In this document: in pieces, positions 38,147-45,686 of the stretch
Position numbering within the stretch: the first letter of the stretch is position 1
How the letters are laid out: each line of letters begins with the position of its first letter
From: Myxococcota bacterium
GTDB taxonomy: Bacteria > Myxococcota_A > Polyangia > HGW-17
NCBI GenBank assembly: GCA_018817795.1
Contig: JAHITJ010000184.1
Coordinates: 8,423-72,422 of the forward strand
Direction: 5' to 3'
DNA: 64,000 nucleotides
Program-made: the position numbers and the translations under genes
Notes under the pieces: generated by a model
Seen by the model: only the letters and a program-made list of their open reading frames with translations
Databases searched by the model: none
Told to the model about the DNA's origin: nothing

Positions 38147-39292
38147 TTGTCCATGAGAACCTCCCTCCCTTTCATCCTTTTTTTTCATATACTTGGTTGT
38201 TCGGATCCAGCCGGTCGTTCGAATAATATCAATGATAATATTAATAATATCAACAATGTAAACAACCTCAACAACCAGAGCGACGCGGGTCAGGATATTC
38301 CCGATGTGGATCTCGTGGAAGATGCAGCCGACGACACCGGCGACGGCAGCGTCGAGCCTGTGCCTTGCACGGTTGATGACACCTTGGCGAACGTACCTCC
38401 ATTCAGTTACCCACCCGAGGAGGACTGGAACCACTCGATCATCTCGGCCACCACCGCGGCCAGCGGCAGTCCGGGCCACATGATGCACGACGAGATGGTG
38501 CCCGAGAACACGCCGGTGATCGTCACCGCCAAATTCGACTACAACAGTGCCCTGCACAAGGATCTGCAGGATGAATGGATTCTGGTCTATCTCTGGGGGA
38601 CCGGAAGGAGCGACTGGGAGCTCCTGGGCCGCTACCTGACCGATACCGACGGCAAGATCCAGATCCAGGTTGGCGGGCTGGGTGCCGGAACGTACATGCT
38701 CCGGGGCGTGGTCGCCGGAGATCTCACCGAGGCCGTCGGGTACGTCACGGTGATCGGGACGAACCGCCAGGCTGTGGTGTTCGACATCGACGGCACGCTG
38801 ACCACCTCCGATGCCGAGGTGATGCAGGACTGGGCTGGGTTCACTACCGCCGAGATGTATCCTTACGCGGACCTCGTGGTGCAGTACTATGTTGATCACG
38901 GCTTCCATGTGGCCATGGTGACGGGTCGCCCCTACTGGCTCGCGGTGGAGACGCGGCAGTGGCTGGCCGATCATTCCATGCCGTTCCATTCCATTCGGTT
39001 CACCTCCGACAACGGAACGACGGTCAGCGGTCAGGAGACCCAGGCCTACAAGACCGGATATCTCGAGGGACTGATCGCCACCTGCGGGCTGGATATTGTC
39101 CGGGCGTACGGAAACTCCGACACTGACGTCTGGGCCTATGACGCGGTGGGTGTTTCCAAAACCCAGACCTTCATCATCGGCGACATTGCCGGCATGGAGC
39201 AGACCCAGCCCATCGTTTGCGAGGGCTGCGGGTACCAGAGTCACTACGAGGATTTCCTGCTCTCCGATACCCTGACCTGCCTCGAGGATTGA
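38147..39292 (+). CDS. HAD-superfamily (LNS2/lipin-like) phosphatase lipoprotein with an Asn-rich linker
   Basis: Lipobox FHILGCS, then NNINDNINNINNVNNLNNQ. HAD motif I is VVFDIDGTLT. The later segments VTGRPYW and YGNSDTDVWAY fit HAD motifs II-IV. Confidence 0.7.
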   Translation: MSMRTSLPFILFFHILGCSDPAGRSNNINDNINNINNVNNLNNQSDAGQDIPDVDLVEDAADDTGDGSVEPVPCTVDDTLANVPPFSYPPEEDWNHSIISATTAASGSPGHMMHDEMVPENTPVIVTAKFDYNSALHKDLQDEWILVYLWGTGRSDWELLGRYLTDTDGKIQIQVGGLGAGTYMLRGVVAGDLTEAVGYVTVIGTNRQAVVFDIDGTLTTSDAEVMQDWAGFTTAEMYPYADLVVQYYVDHGFHVAMVTGRPYWLAVETRQWLADHSMPFHSIRFTSDNGTTVSGQETQAYKTGYLEGLIATCGLDIVRAYGNSDTDVWAYDAVGVSKTQTFIIGDIAGMEQTQPIVCEGCGYQSHYEDFLLSDTLTCLED

Positions 39293-39345
39293 GTCTCACC
39301 GGAATACAGCTTGACGGGGCGGGCCCCTGGAAGTACTTTATTTTT

Positions 39346-39396
39346 CATGGAAAGTCCTTGATACTCAAGGTGTATTTGTCGTTATTACTTTCCATG
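39346..39396 (+). other. Nested inverted-repeat element in the AT-rich spacer upstream of the S1 protease gene
   Basis: The outer perfect 10-bp inverted repeat is CATGGAAAGT (39346-55) / ACTTTCCATG (39387-96). It encloses the hairpin CCTTGA-tac-TCAAGG (39356-70). A further 7-bp GC hairpin, CGGCGGA-taa-TCCGCCG (39409-25), abuts the RBS. Confidence 0.5.
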
Positions 39397-39441
39397 CTAT
39401 CTGAAAAACGGCGGATAATCCGCCGGTCTGGAGTCAGTGTC

Positions 39442-41139
39442 ATGCGCAAGTTGCTTCTGTCTGCGGTGTTGTTCGTGATGACTTTCGGATGCGGGTCGGA
39501 GAACCCACCGTCGCTGGAGTCGTTCATCATCAACGGCTCGGTCGACACCAGTGTGGCCAACGATGCGGTCGCCTTTCTTTATCTGGATGCCGGCTACGCC
39601 TGCGGTGGCACGTTGATCGCGCCCAACGTGCTCCTGACGGCCGGCCACTGTGTCACGTACAGCAACACCACCACGCCCGTGCCCGTGGATCAGTTCACCG
39701 TTATCTTCTGCAGGGATCTGAACAACTGCGACATGACCACGCGGTCCCGCGAGGTCATCCAGTCCTGGGTGCATCCGTCCTACAACGCCACGAACATCCG
39801 TTACGACATTGCCCTGCTGCGGCTCTCCGGCCCCGCCCCCGGCGACGTCACGCCGATTTCAATCCTGCCCGCGGCGCAGGCGCTGACCAACGCGGACCTC
39901 GGTGCAGCGATCACCTTTGTCGGTTACGGTCTGACGGACGGTTCCGACGAGAACTCCAACTCCATGGTGCGCAGGATCTACACGGGCAGCATCCAAGGTC
40001 TCTGCCACTCCTCGAACCCCTGCACGATCTCCCAGTGGAGCGGCACCTACGCGGCTCCCTGGACGATCTGGACCGACCAGAACAACGGGGGCACCTGCCA
40101 GGGTGACTCCGGGGGTCCCGGGATGGTCACACGCAACAATGTGAAGTACGTCGCAGGCATTACCTCATATGGCTATTCCGAGTGCACGGGACCGGGCGTG
40201 TACACCGAGGTCAGCAACTATGAGTCCCAGATCAACACGTTCATCAACAGCGCGCCGGCGGAGATCTGCGCCGACAGCATCGACAACGACGGCGACGGGT
40301 CGGTCGACTGCGCTGATTCCACCTGCACCGGCGTCGGATCCTGTCCGTCCTCCCCGTGCGAGGATTACTGGTACGTGTTCTGCAACGAGACCGTGAACTC
40401 GACGACCAAAAACGGCATCGCCGGCTTCACCGAATATGCCTGTATGGCACAGGGGACCGAGACCGGACCTGAAATTGCCTTCCAGCTGGCCATGCCGCCG
40501 GGAACAGTCGTGCAGATAACCATGACCCCGCTGGATCAGGACCTGGACATCTTCCTGCTCACGGGCGACCGCCATTCCTGTGCCTCCTCTTCCTGCCTGC
40601 AGTACTCGGCCAATGATGCCCTGGCCGCGGAGACCATGTCCGTGACCGTTGGCGAGACGCCGACCTACCTGGTCGTGGAGAGCTACCGGTATCCGGGGCG
40701 CTTCAGTCTGACCACCACCTGCGTGTTCCCCCCGGAGAACTGCACCAACTCCATCGACGACGACGGCGACAACGACATCGACTGCGACGACACCGACTGC
40801 GCCTCCCAGCAGGTGTGCCAGGCCCCGACGCAGGAATACTGGTGTGACGACGACATCGACAATGACCAGGATGGGCTGACCGACTGCGCCGATTCCGACT
40901 GCACTTCCAATGAAGCATGCGCCGGGCTGGTGGAGCTTGCCTGCGCGGACCTGCTCGACAATGACGGGGACGGCTGGGCGGACTGCTACGACCCCGACTG
41001 CGCGAACTCGGTCGCCTGCAAGAAGAAAGAAGCGTCCGATTCTGGTTGTTCAACCTCGGCCCGACCCCGCTCCGGTGGTGGATGGATGCTGCTGCTCGCG
41101 TTCATTCCGGTGGTCATCCGGCGTCGCCGCAGAAAATAG
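39442..41139 (+). CDS. Secreted trypsin-like (S1) serine protease with a PPC-like domain, four Asp/Cys-rich repeats and a MYXO-CTERM-like tail
   Basis: Start MRKLLLSAVLFVMTFGC (GGAG RBS). Catalytic triad motifs LTAGHC, DIALLRL and GDSGGP. Repeats of the type C.D.IDNDGDG..DC.D.DC. C-terminal tail SGCSTS...WMLLLAFIPVVIRRRRRK. The ORF-track extension 39217-39441 overlaps the previous gene and was rejected. Confidence 0.85.
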   Translation: MRKLLLSAVLFVMTFGCGSENPPSLESFIINGSVDTSVANDAVAFLYLDAGYACGGTLIAPNVLLTAGHCVTYSNTTTPVPVDQFTVIFCRDLNNCDMTTRSREVIQSWVHPSYNATNIRYDIALLRLSGPAPGDVTPISILPAAQALTNADLGAAITFVGYGLTDGSDENSNSMVRRIYTGSIQGLCHSSNPCTISQWSGTYAAPWTIWTDQNNGGTCQGDSGGPGMVTRNNVKYVAGITSYGYSECTGPGVYTEVSNYESQINTFINSAPAEICADSIDNDGDGSVDCADSTCTGVGSCPSSPCEDYWYVFCNETVNSTTKNGIAGFTEYACMAQGTETGPEIAFQLAMPPGTVVQITMTPLDQDLDIFLLTGDRHSCASSSCLQYSANDALAAETMSVTVGETPTYLVVESYRYPGRFSLTTTCVFPPENCTNSIDDDGDNDIDCDDTDCASQQVCQAPTQEYWCDDDIDNDQDGLTDCADSDCTSNEACAGLVELACADLLDNDGDGWADCYDPDCANSVACKKKEASDSGCSTSARPRSGGGWMLLLAFIPVVIRRRRRK

Positions 41140-41179
41140 GGATTGACACCGCCCGAGGGTTTCTTTTACCGTACCCACC

Positions 41180-41716
41180 ATGAGTCAATCCGCCGCCTTC
41201 CAGGAAGTCAAAGATGTTGTAATCGATGCGTGGTTCACCACCGATCCCTCAGGGGTGATCGTGGACTTCAACCGGGTGTTCTTCTCCCTGTTCCCGCGCA
41301 ACGTCGCCCGCAAACTCAAGGGGTTGACGCTGTCCGAGATCATGAGCATGCCGATGGACATCGTCCAGGAGGCCGTCGACCAGAACCGGCAGGTGCGCTT
41401 CGACGAGGTCGTCGCCACCATCCTTGAGACCCAGGAGGAGTTCCGCTTCATTCTGAGCGCCATCCCCCTGTTTGGCGAAGAAAAGGCGCTAGAGGGGACC
41501 CTGGTCATCCTGCGCAACGTGACCGACGAGGCCATGGTGCAAATTAAATATCAGGAGATGTTGGAGCGTGAGGCCCGTGAGCGCGAACTGCTCAAGGCCG
41601 AGTTGGTGCGCCGCACCGAGCGCCTGATCCAGATCTCCGAGCGGTATTACGAACTCAAGGCGCAGATCCGTAAACGCGCCAAGGGTCAGGTCTCGCCGTT
41701 CAAATTGAAAATCTGA
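41180..41716 (+). CDS. Small stand-alone PAS-like domain protein with a C-terminal coiled coil
   Basis: 178 aa. PAS-like core (VIDAWFTTDPSGVIVDFNRVFFSLF ... FRFILSAIPLFGEEKALEGTLVILRNVTDE) followed by a heptad-rich tail. Confidence 0.6.
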   Translation: MSQSAAFQEVKDVVIDAWFTTDPSGVIVDFNRVFFSLFPRNVARKLKGLTLSEIMSMPMDIVQEAVDQNRQVRFDEVVATILETQEEFRFILSAIPLFGEEKALEGTLVILRNVTDEAMVQIKYQEMLEREARERELLKAELVRRTERLIQISERYYELKAQIRKRAKGQVSPFKLKI

Positions 41717-41808
41717 TCGTCACCGCTGCCCCTCACGACCCTCGCCAAAAGTTGCAATTGCGGCAAATCCATGGTTTGTTCGTCGGGGAATTATTCCGGG
41801 GGTTCTGT

Positions 41809-42714
41809 ATGATTTTGAAACCTGAGACCGTGTTCCGGCAAATCCGAATCTGGGCTTTCCTGTCCGGAGTGCTGCTTTTCCTTGCGCCGACGCCGGCGGC
41901 CGCCTATGAGCCATGGCTGGAGCCAATGGGCGCCCGCGGGTTGGGCCTTGGCGGCGCCGTGATCGCCTCGGGCACGGGCTCCGACGCTCTGATCGCCAAT
42001 CCCGCCGCCATGAGCCTCGTACGCTCGTACATCTGGGAGAACTACTACCGCTACAACAACAAGACCGCAGGTCACAACGGGTTGACCGCGCTGGTCGATT
42101 CGTTCAAGAACGAGCGTCTTGCCGCCGGTCTCTTCACCTCGATGGGGTCGGCCGAACCCGAGGACGTGGCCACCGGCACAAAGTTGGACGAAAAACTGTG
42201 GCGAGCTGGTCTGGCTTTGTCGCTGGCCTTTTCGGAATGGCTTGCGATCGGCGTCAATGGACATTATTATAACTATGAACTTAATGGTCTGCCCACCGGC
42301 GACGTGAAGGAAAAGTTCTTTACGCTCGACGTGGGTGCGATCGCCAAGATCGGAGACATGTTCTCCGTGGGTGCGGTCGCCTACGATCTTCTGTCGGATC
42401 ACTCCGATGACCGGCCGTATGTGTTCGGCGCGGGCGTGGCGGCCCGGCTGTTCAAGAACCAGTTGATGCTGGAGGTAGACGGGCTCATCGAGGGCAAGAA
42501 GCCCTGGATTCGCGGTGGAGCCGAGTTCTTTTTCGCTCAGGGTATTGTCATCCGGGGAGGCGGCAGCCGCCGCGAGTTCCTGGATCAGACCTTCGTGTCC
42601 GGCGGTCTGGGTTACATCACCAAGGGCTCCTCCGTCGAGTTCTCCATCCAGCACCAGCTCGACGGTGATCGGGCCACCATCGTCGGACTTGACCTGCGCT
42701 TCTTCATACGGTGA
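41809..42714 (+). CDS. Putative outer-membrane beta-barrel protein
   Basis: I set the start at MILKPE.. with a signal peptide (FLSGVLLFLAPTPAAA). The N-terminal motif GARGLGLGGA...SDALIANPAAMS is seen in PorV/FadL-like barrels. Alternating hydrophobic beta-strand pattern to the C-terminus. Confidence 0.55.
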   Translation: MILKPETVFRQIRIWAFLSGVLLFLAPTPAAAYEPWLEPMGARGLGLGGAVIASGTGSDALIANPAAMSLVRSYIWENYYRYNNKTAGHNGLTALVDSFKNERLAAGLFTSMGSAEPEDVATGTKLDEKLWRAGLALSLAFSEWLAIGVNGHYYNYELNGLPTGDVKEKFFTLDVGAIAKIGDMFSVGAVAYDLLSDHSDDRPYVFGAGVAARLFKNQLMLEVDGLIEGKKPWIRGGAEFFFAQGIVIRGGGSRREFLDQTFVSGGLGYITKGSSVEFSIQHQLDGDRATIVGLDLRFFIR

Positions 42715-42718
42715 AATC

Positions 42719-43342
42719 ATGTCATCGACTTCGCAGACACGTGGCATCTTCATCGCGGTCGAGGGCATCGACGGCGCCGGCACCACCACCTTCGCCCATG
42801 GAATCCATACGACGCTGACGGCCAGCGGTCTGGCGGTCCATCGCACCGCCGAGCCCTCCTCTGGACCCGTTGGCCGGCTCCTTCGAGAACTGCTCAAGTC
42901 GGCCGACACCCCGGATCCGGCCGTCTACGCGCTGCTGTTCGCGGCCGACCGGAGACATCACTGGCTCTCGGAGATCCTGCCCAACCTGCAGAAGGGCACG
43001 TGGGTGATCACGGACCGCTACGTGTTGTCCTCCCTGGCCTACCAGGGCATCGACGAGGACGTCACCTGGGTCTCCCACTGCAACGCGCGCGCGCCGCTTC
43101 CCGGCGTGACATTCTTCCTGGACCTGCCGTTCCACGTGGCCCAGGCCCGCATTCATAACCGTGGCGGCCTGCGTGAGAACCTGGAGGACGCCGATTTCCA
43201 GGAGAAGGTCGCACAACGCTACCGGGACCTGTCCCGCACCTTCGGATCCTCGCTGGTGACGCTCGACGCCAGCCTCCCGCCCCAGCATCTGGTCCGCGCC
43301 GCGCTCATGGAGTTGTCGGTGCGCGGCCTGCTGCCCGGATAA
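42719..43342 (+). CDS. tmk: Thymidylate kinase-like protein (P-loop lysine replaced by Thr)
   Basis: FIAVEGIDGAGTTTF, TDRYVLSSLAYQG and a LID-like region. Starts 4 nt after the barrel gene stop. The upstream ORF-track extension overlaps that gene and was rejected. Confidence 0.8.
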   Translation: MSSTSQTRGIFIAVEGIDGAGTTTFAHGIHTTLTASGLAVHRTAEPSSGPVGRLLRELLKSADTPDPAVYALLFAADRRHHWLSEILPNLQKGTWVITDRYVLSSLAYQGIDEDVTWVSHCNARAPLPGVTFFLDLPFHVAQARIHNRGGLRENLEDADFQEKVAQRYRDLSRTFGSSLVTLDASLPPQHLVRAALMELSVRGLLPG

Positions 43343-43346
43343 ACGC

Positions 43347-44150
43347 ATGGGAAGCCTCTGGAGATTCCTGAACCGGGCAGCCGACGCCTTTTTTGCGCCG
43401 TTTCTGGCCTTCTTCACCCAGGTCGGGAACATCTTCATGCTTCTGTTCTCTTCGCTTTTCTGGCTCTTTCGGCCGCCGTTCCGCTGGCGCAACTTCGTCT
43501 CGGCGATGGACTTCGTCGGCATCGGCTCGCTGGGCATCGTGGCGCTGGTCGCGTCGTTCACCGGCGCGGCGTTCTCCCTGCAGACCGTGTATACCTTCAA
43601 GATGTTCCAGGCGGAGGCCTTCATCGGCGTCACCGTGGCGCTTTCGCTCTCCCGCGAGCTCGCGCCGGTGCTGACCGCGCTGATGGTGACCGCGCGCGCG
43701 GGCTCGGCCATGGCCACCGAGCTCGGTTCGATGCGCATCACCGAGCAGATCGACGCGCTGAACACCATGGCCGTTTCGCCAGTGCAGTATCTGGTTTCGC
43801 CGCGGGTGGTGGCCGGCGTGCTGATGATGCCGCTGCTGACGATGGTGTTCATACTCGTCGGTATCGGGGGGGCCACGTTCGTCGCCGTCACCCTCATGGG
43901 TGTTGACGAAGGACCTTTCTGGTACAACATTGAATGGTACATCGACGCACGCGACATCATCGAGGGCCTGATCAAGGCCACCGTGTTCGGGGTGGTCTTC
44001 TCCACGATTTCCTGCTACCAGGGTTTTTACGCCAACGGGGGCGCCGCCGGCGTCGGTCGGGCCACCACCCGGGCGGTCGTATGGTCGTCGGTCTCCATCC
44101 TGTTCTTTGACGTGCTGCTCACCGACATACTGCTCCTGGTTTTCCACTAA
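43347..44150 (+). CDS. mlaE: MlaE-family ABC transporter permease
   Basis: 267 aa. Family-typical segments are VGIGSLGIVALVASFTGAAFSLQ, ALSLSRELAPVLTALMVTARAGSAMATELGSMRITEQIDAL and PRVVAGVLMMPLLT. Confidence 0.85.
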   Translation: MGSLWRFLNRAADAFFAPFLAFFTQVGNIFMLLFSSLFWLFRPPFRWRNFVSAMDFVGIGSLGIVALVASFTGAAFSLQTVYTFKMFQAEAFIGVTVALSLSRELAPVLTALMVTARAGSAMATELGSMRITEQIDALNTMAVSPVQYLVSPRVVAGVLMMPLLTMVFILVGIGGATFVAVTLMGVDEGPFWYNIEWYIDARDIIEGLIKATVFGVVFSTISCYQGFYANGGAAGVGRATTRAVVWSSVSILFFDVLLTDILLLVFH

Positions 44151-44223
44151 CTGATGATCGGGTGTCCTATTTTGGGGCGCCTCATGGGCCCGGAGTGTTT
44201 CTTTCAGGAAAGGAAGATGTTCC

Positions 44224-45006
44224 TTGTTGACCGCACTTCAGATTTTCCTCGCCTTCGTGATTGCCGGGAGCTGGATTTCCACAGCGACCTGGATCGCGGA
44301 GAAGAAGGGCAGCCGCGTGGGCGGCCTGCTCGTGAACCTGCCGAGCAACCTGCTGGTATCCCTGATCTTCATGGCCGTGCTGCGGGGTCCGCAGTACGCA
44401 GCCGGTGCGGCCGCTGCGGTCCCCATCGGCATGGGGATCAATTCCATCTTTCTTGCGCTGTTCATCTGGCTGGTGCCCCGGGGTCTCGTCCTCGCGACAT
44501 GCCTCTCCCTGCTGTACTGGTTTGGTGCGGCGCTTCTCACCTCGCGTTTTCCACTGAACCCCTGGCAGTCGCTGGTGGCCTACACCCTGATCCTGGTCGC
44601 CACCATGGTCTTTGCGGAAAAGATCCTGCGGGTGCGCACCCCCCCGCGTCGGGAGAAGACCTGGTCCACCTGGCAGTTTTTGCTGCGCGCCCTCTTCTCG
44701 GGAGGCCTGGTGGCCAGCGTCGTGGCCATCTCCTTGACGACCTCGTCCTGGATCACCGGCATCGTCTCCACGTTTCCGGCCGTGATGATGTCCTCGATGG
44801 TGATCCTGACCCTCACCCAGGGCCCGGATTTCGCCCGTGCCACGGGGAAGATCCTCATTTTTTCGTCGGTGAACATTCTTGTATATTCACATATTGTCCA
44901 GTTTGCCTATCCCGCCCTGGGCGTGGTCGTCGGTACGCTGCTGGCCTATGCCGGCGCCGTGCTTTTCGTGGTCGCGATCCGGCCCGTGTCCGAACGCCTG
45001 TCGTAA
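44224..45006 (+). CDS. Integral membrane protein, internally duplicated (DUF3147-like halves)
   Basis: 260 aa with about 8 hydrophobic helices (TTG start). The two halves share a pattern (..GG.LV.LP..L.....). The overlapping 318-aa ORF in another frame is R/P/G-rich and was rejected. Confidence 0.55.
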   Translation: MLTALQIFLAFVIAGSWISTATWIAEKKGSRVGGLLVNLPSNLLVSLIFMAVLRGPQYAAGAAAAVPIGMGINSIFLALFIWLVPRGLVLATCLSLLYWFGAALLTSRFPLNPWQSLVAYTLILVATMVFAEKILRVRTPPRREKTWSTWQFLLRALFSGGLVASVVAISLTTSSWITGIVSTFPAVMMSSMVILTLTQGPDFARATGKILIFSSVNILVYSHIVQFAYPALGVVVGTLLAYAGAVLFVVAIRPVSERLS

Positions 45007-45112
45007 AAAAGGCCCCAAATATCACTCTGGGTGGAATAATTTTTACAGGAATGGAATTTTCCCCTTGCCAAATGTGTTTTCAATCACTAGAACGAGCATG
45101 TAGGTGTTGAAT

Positions 45113-45130
45113 GTTTAGTACTAACTAAAC
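45113..45130. promoter_or_regulatory. Perfect 7-4-7 palindrome, candidate operator of the GbsR/MarR-type regulator
   Basis: GTTTAGT-acta-ACTAAAC lies 41 nt upstream of the regulator start codon. It sits downstream of a possible TTGCCA (45065-70) - 17 nt - TAGAAC (45088-93) promoter. Confidence 0.4.
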
Positions 45131-45170
45131 TACAGAAACCTGCACAACATCCTCTTCCGGAGGTGAAGGC

Positions 45171-45686
45171 TTGTCTACAATCGAAATGACATCCCAGGTG
45201 GAAAGATTAATTGAGGAGTACGCGTTGCGCATGGAGTCGTTCGGCATGCCGCCCCTGGCGGGCCGAATCTTTGCTGTGATGGTGTTGACGGATCCGCCCG
45301 AGAAATCCACACAGGATCTGATCCAGCTCACCGGCGGTTCCAAGGGTGCGCTTTCCCAGACGCTGCGGATCCTGGAGCAGTTCGGCCACCTGGAGAAGTG
45401 TCCGGCGCCGGGTCAGAGGGGACATCGCTGGCGCCTGCGCAAGAACTTCATGGTGGAGATGTTCAAGAGCAAGATGAACGCCATCCGGGGTATGCGGGAC
45501 TTCTGGCAGAGTCACATGGACATCGTCGGGAACCTCTCCGAAAACGTGCAGCAGAACGTCCGGGAGATGGCCGAATTCCACGCGTTTTTCTTTGAAATGG
45601 TGAGTCATGCCTTCGAGCGCTGGAATCAGGTCCAGATCCAATCAGAAAACAATAAAACCGATGAGGGGAAAGGAACCTCGCGATGA
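45171..45686 (+). CDS. GbsR/MarR-type winged-helix transcriptional regulator
   Basis: MESFGMPPLAGRIFAVMVLTDPPEKSTQDLIQLTGGSKGALSQTLRILEQFGHLEK matches the GbsR-type wHTH. GGAGGTG RBS before the TTG start. The stop overlaps the adaptor gene start. Confidence 0.75.
   Translation: MSTIEMTSQVERLIEEYALRMESFGMPPLAGRIFAVMVLTDPPEKSTQDLIQLTGGSKGALSQTLRILEQFGHLEKCPAPGQRGHRWRLRKNFMVEMFKSKMNAIRGMRDFWQSHMDIVGNLSENVQQNVREMAEFHAFFFEMVSHAFERWNQVQIQSENNKTDEGKGTSR

Noticed and set aside
44154-45110. 318-aa plus-strand ORF overlapping the 260-aa membrane protein in another frame
   Set aside because: Its R/P/G/H-rich translation lacks hydrophobic segments. The alternative frame gives a coherent, internally duplicated polytopic protein.
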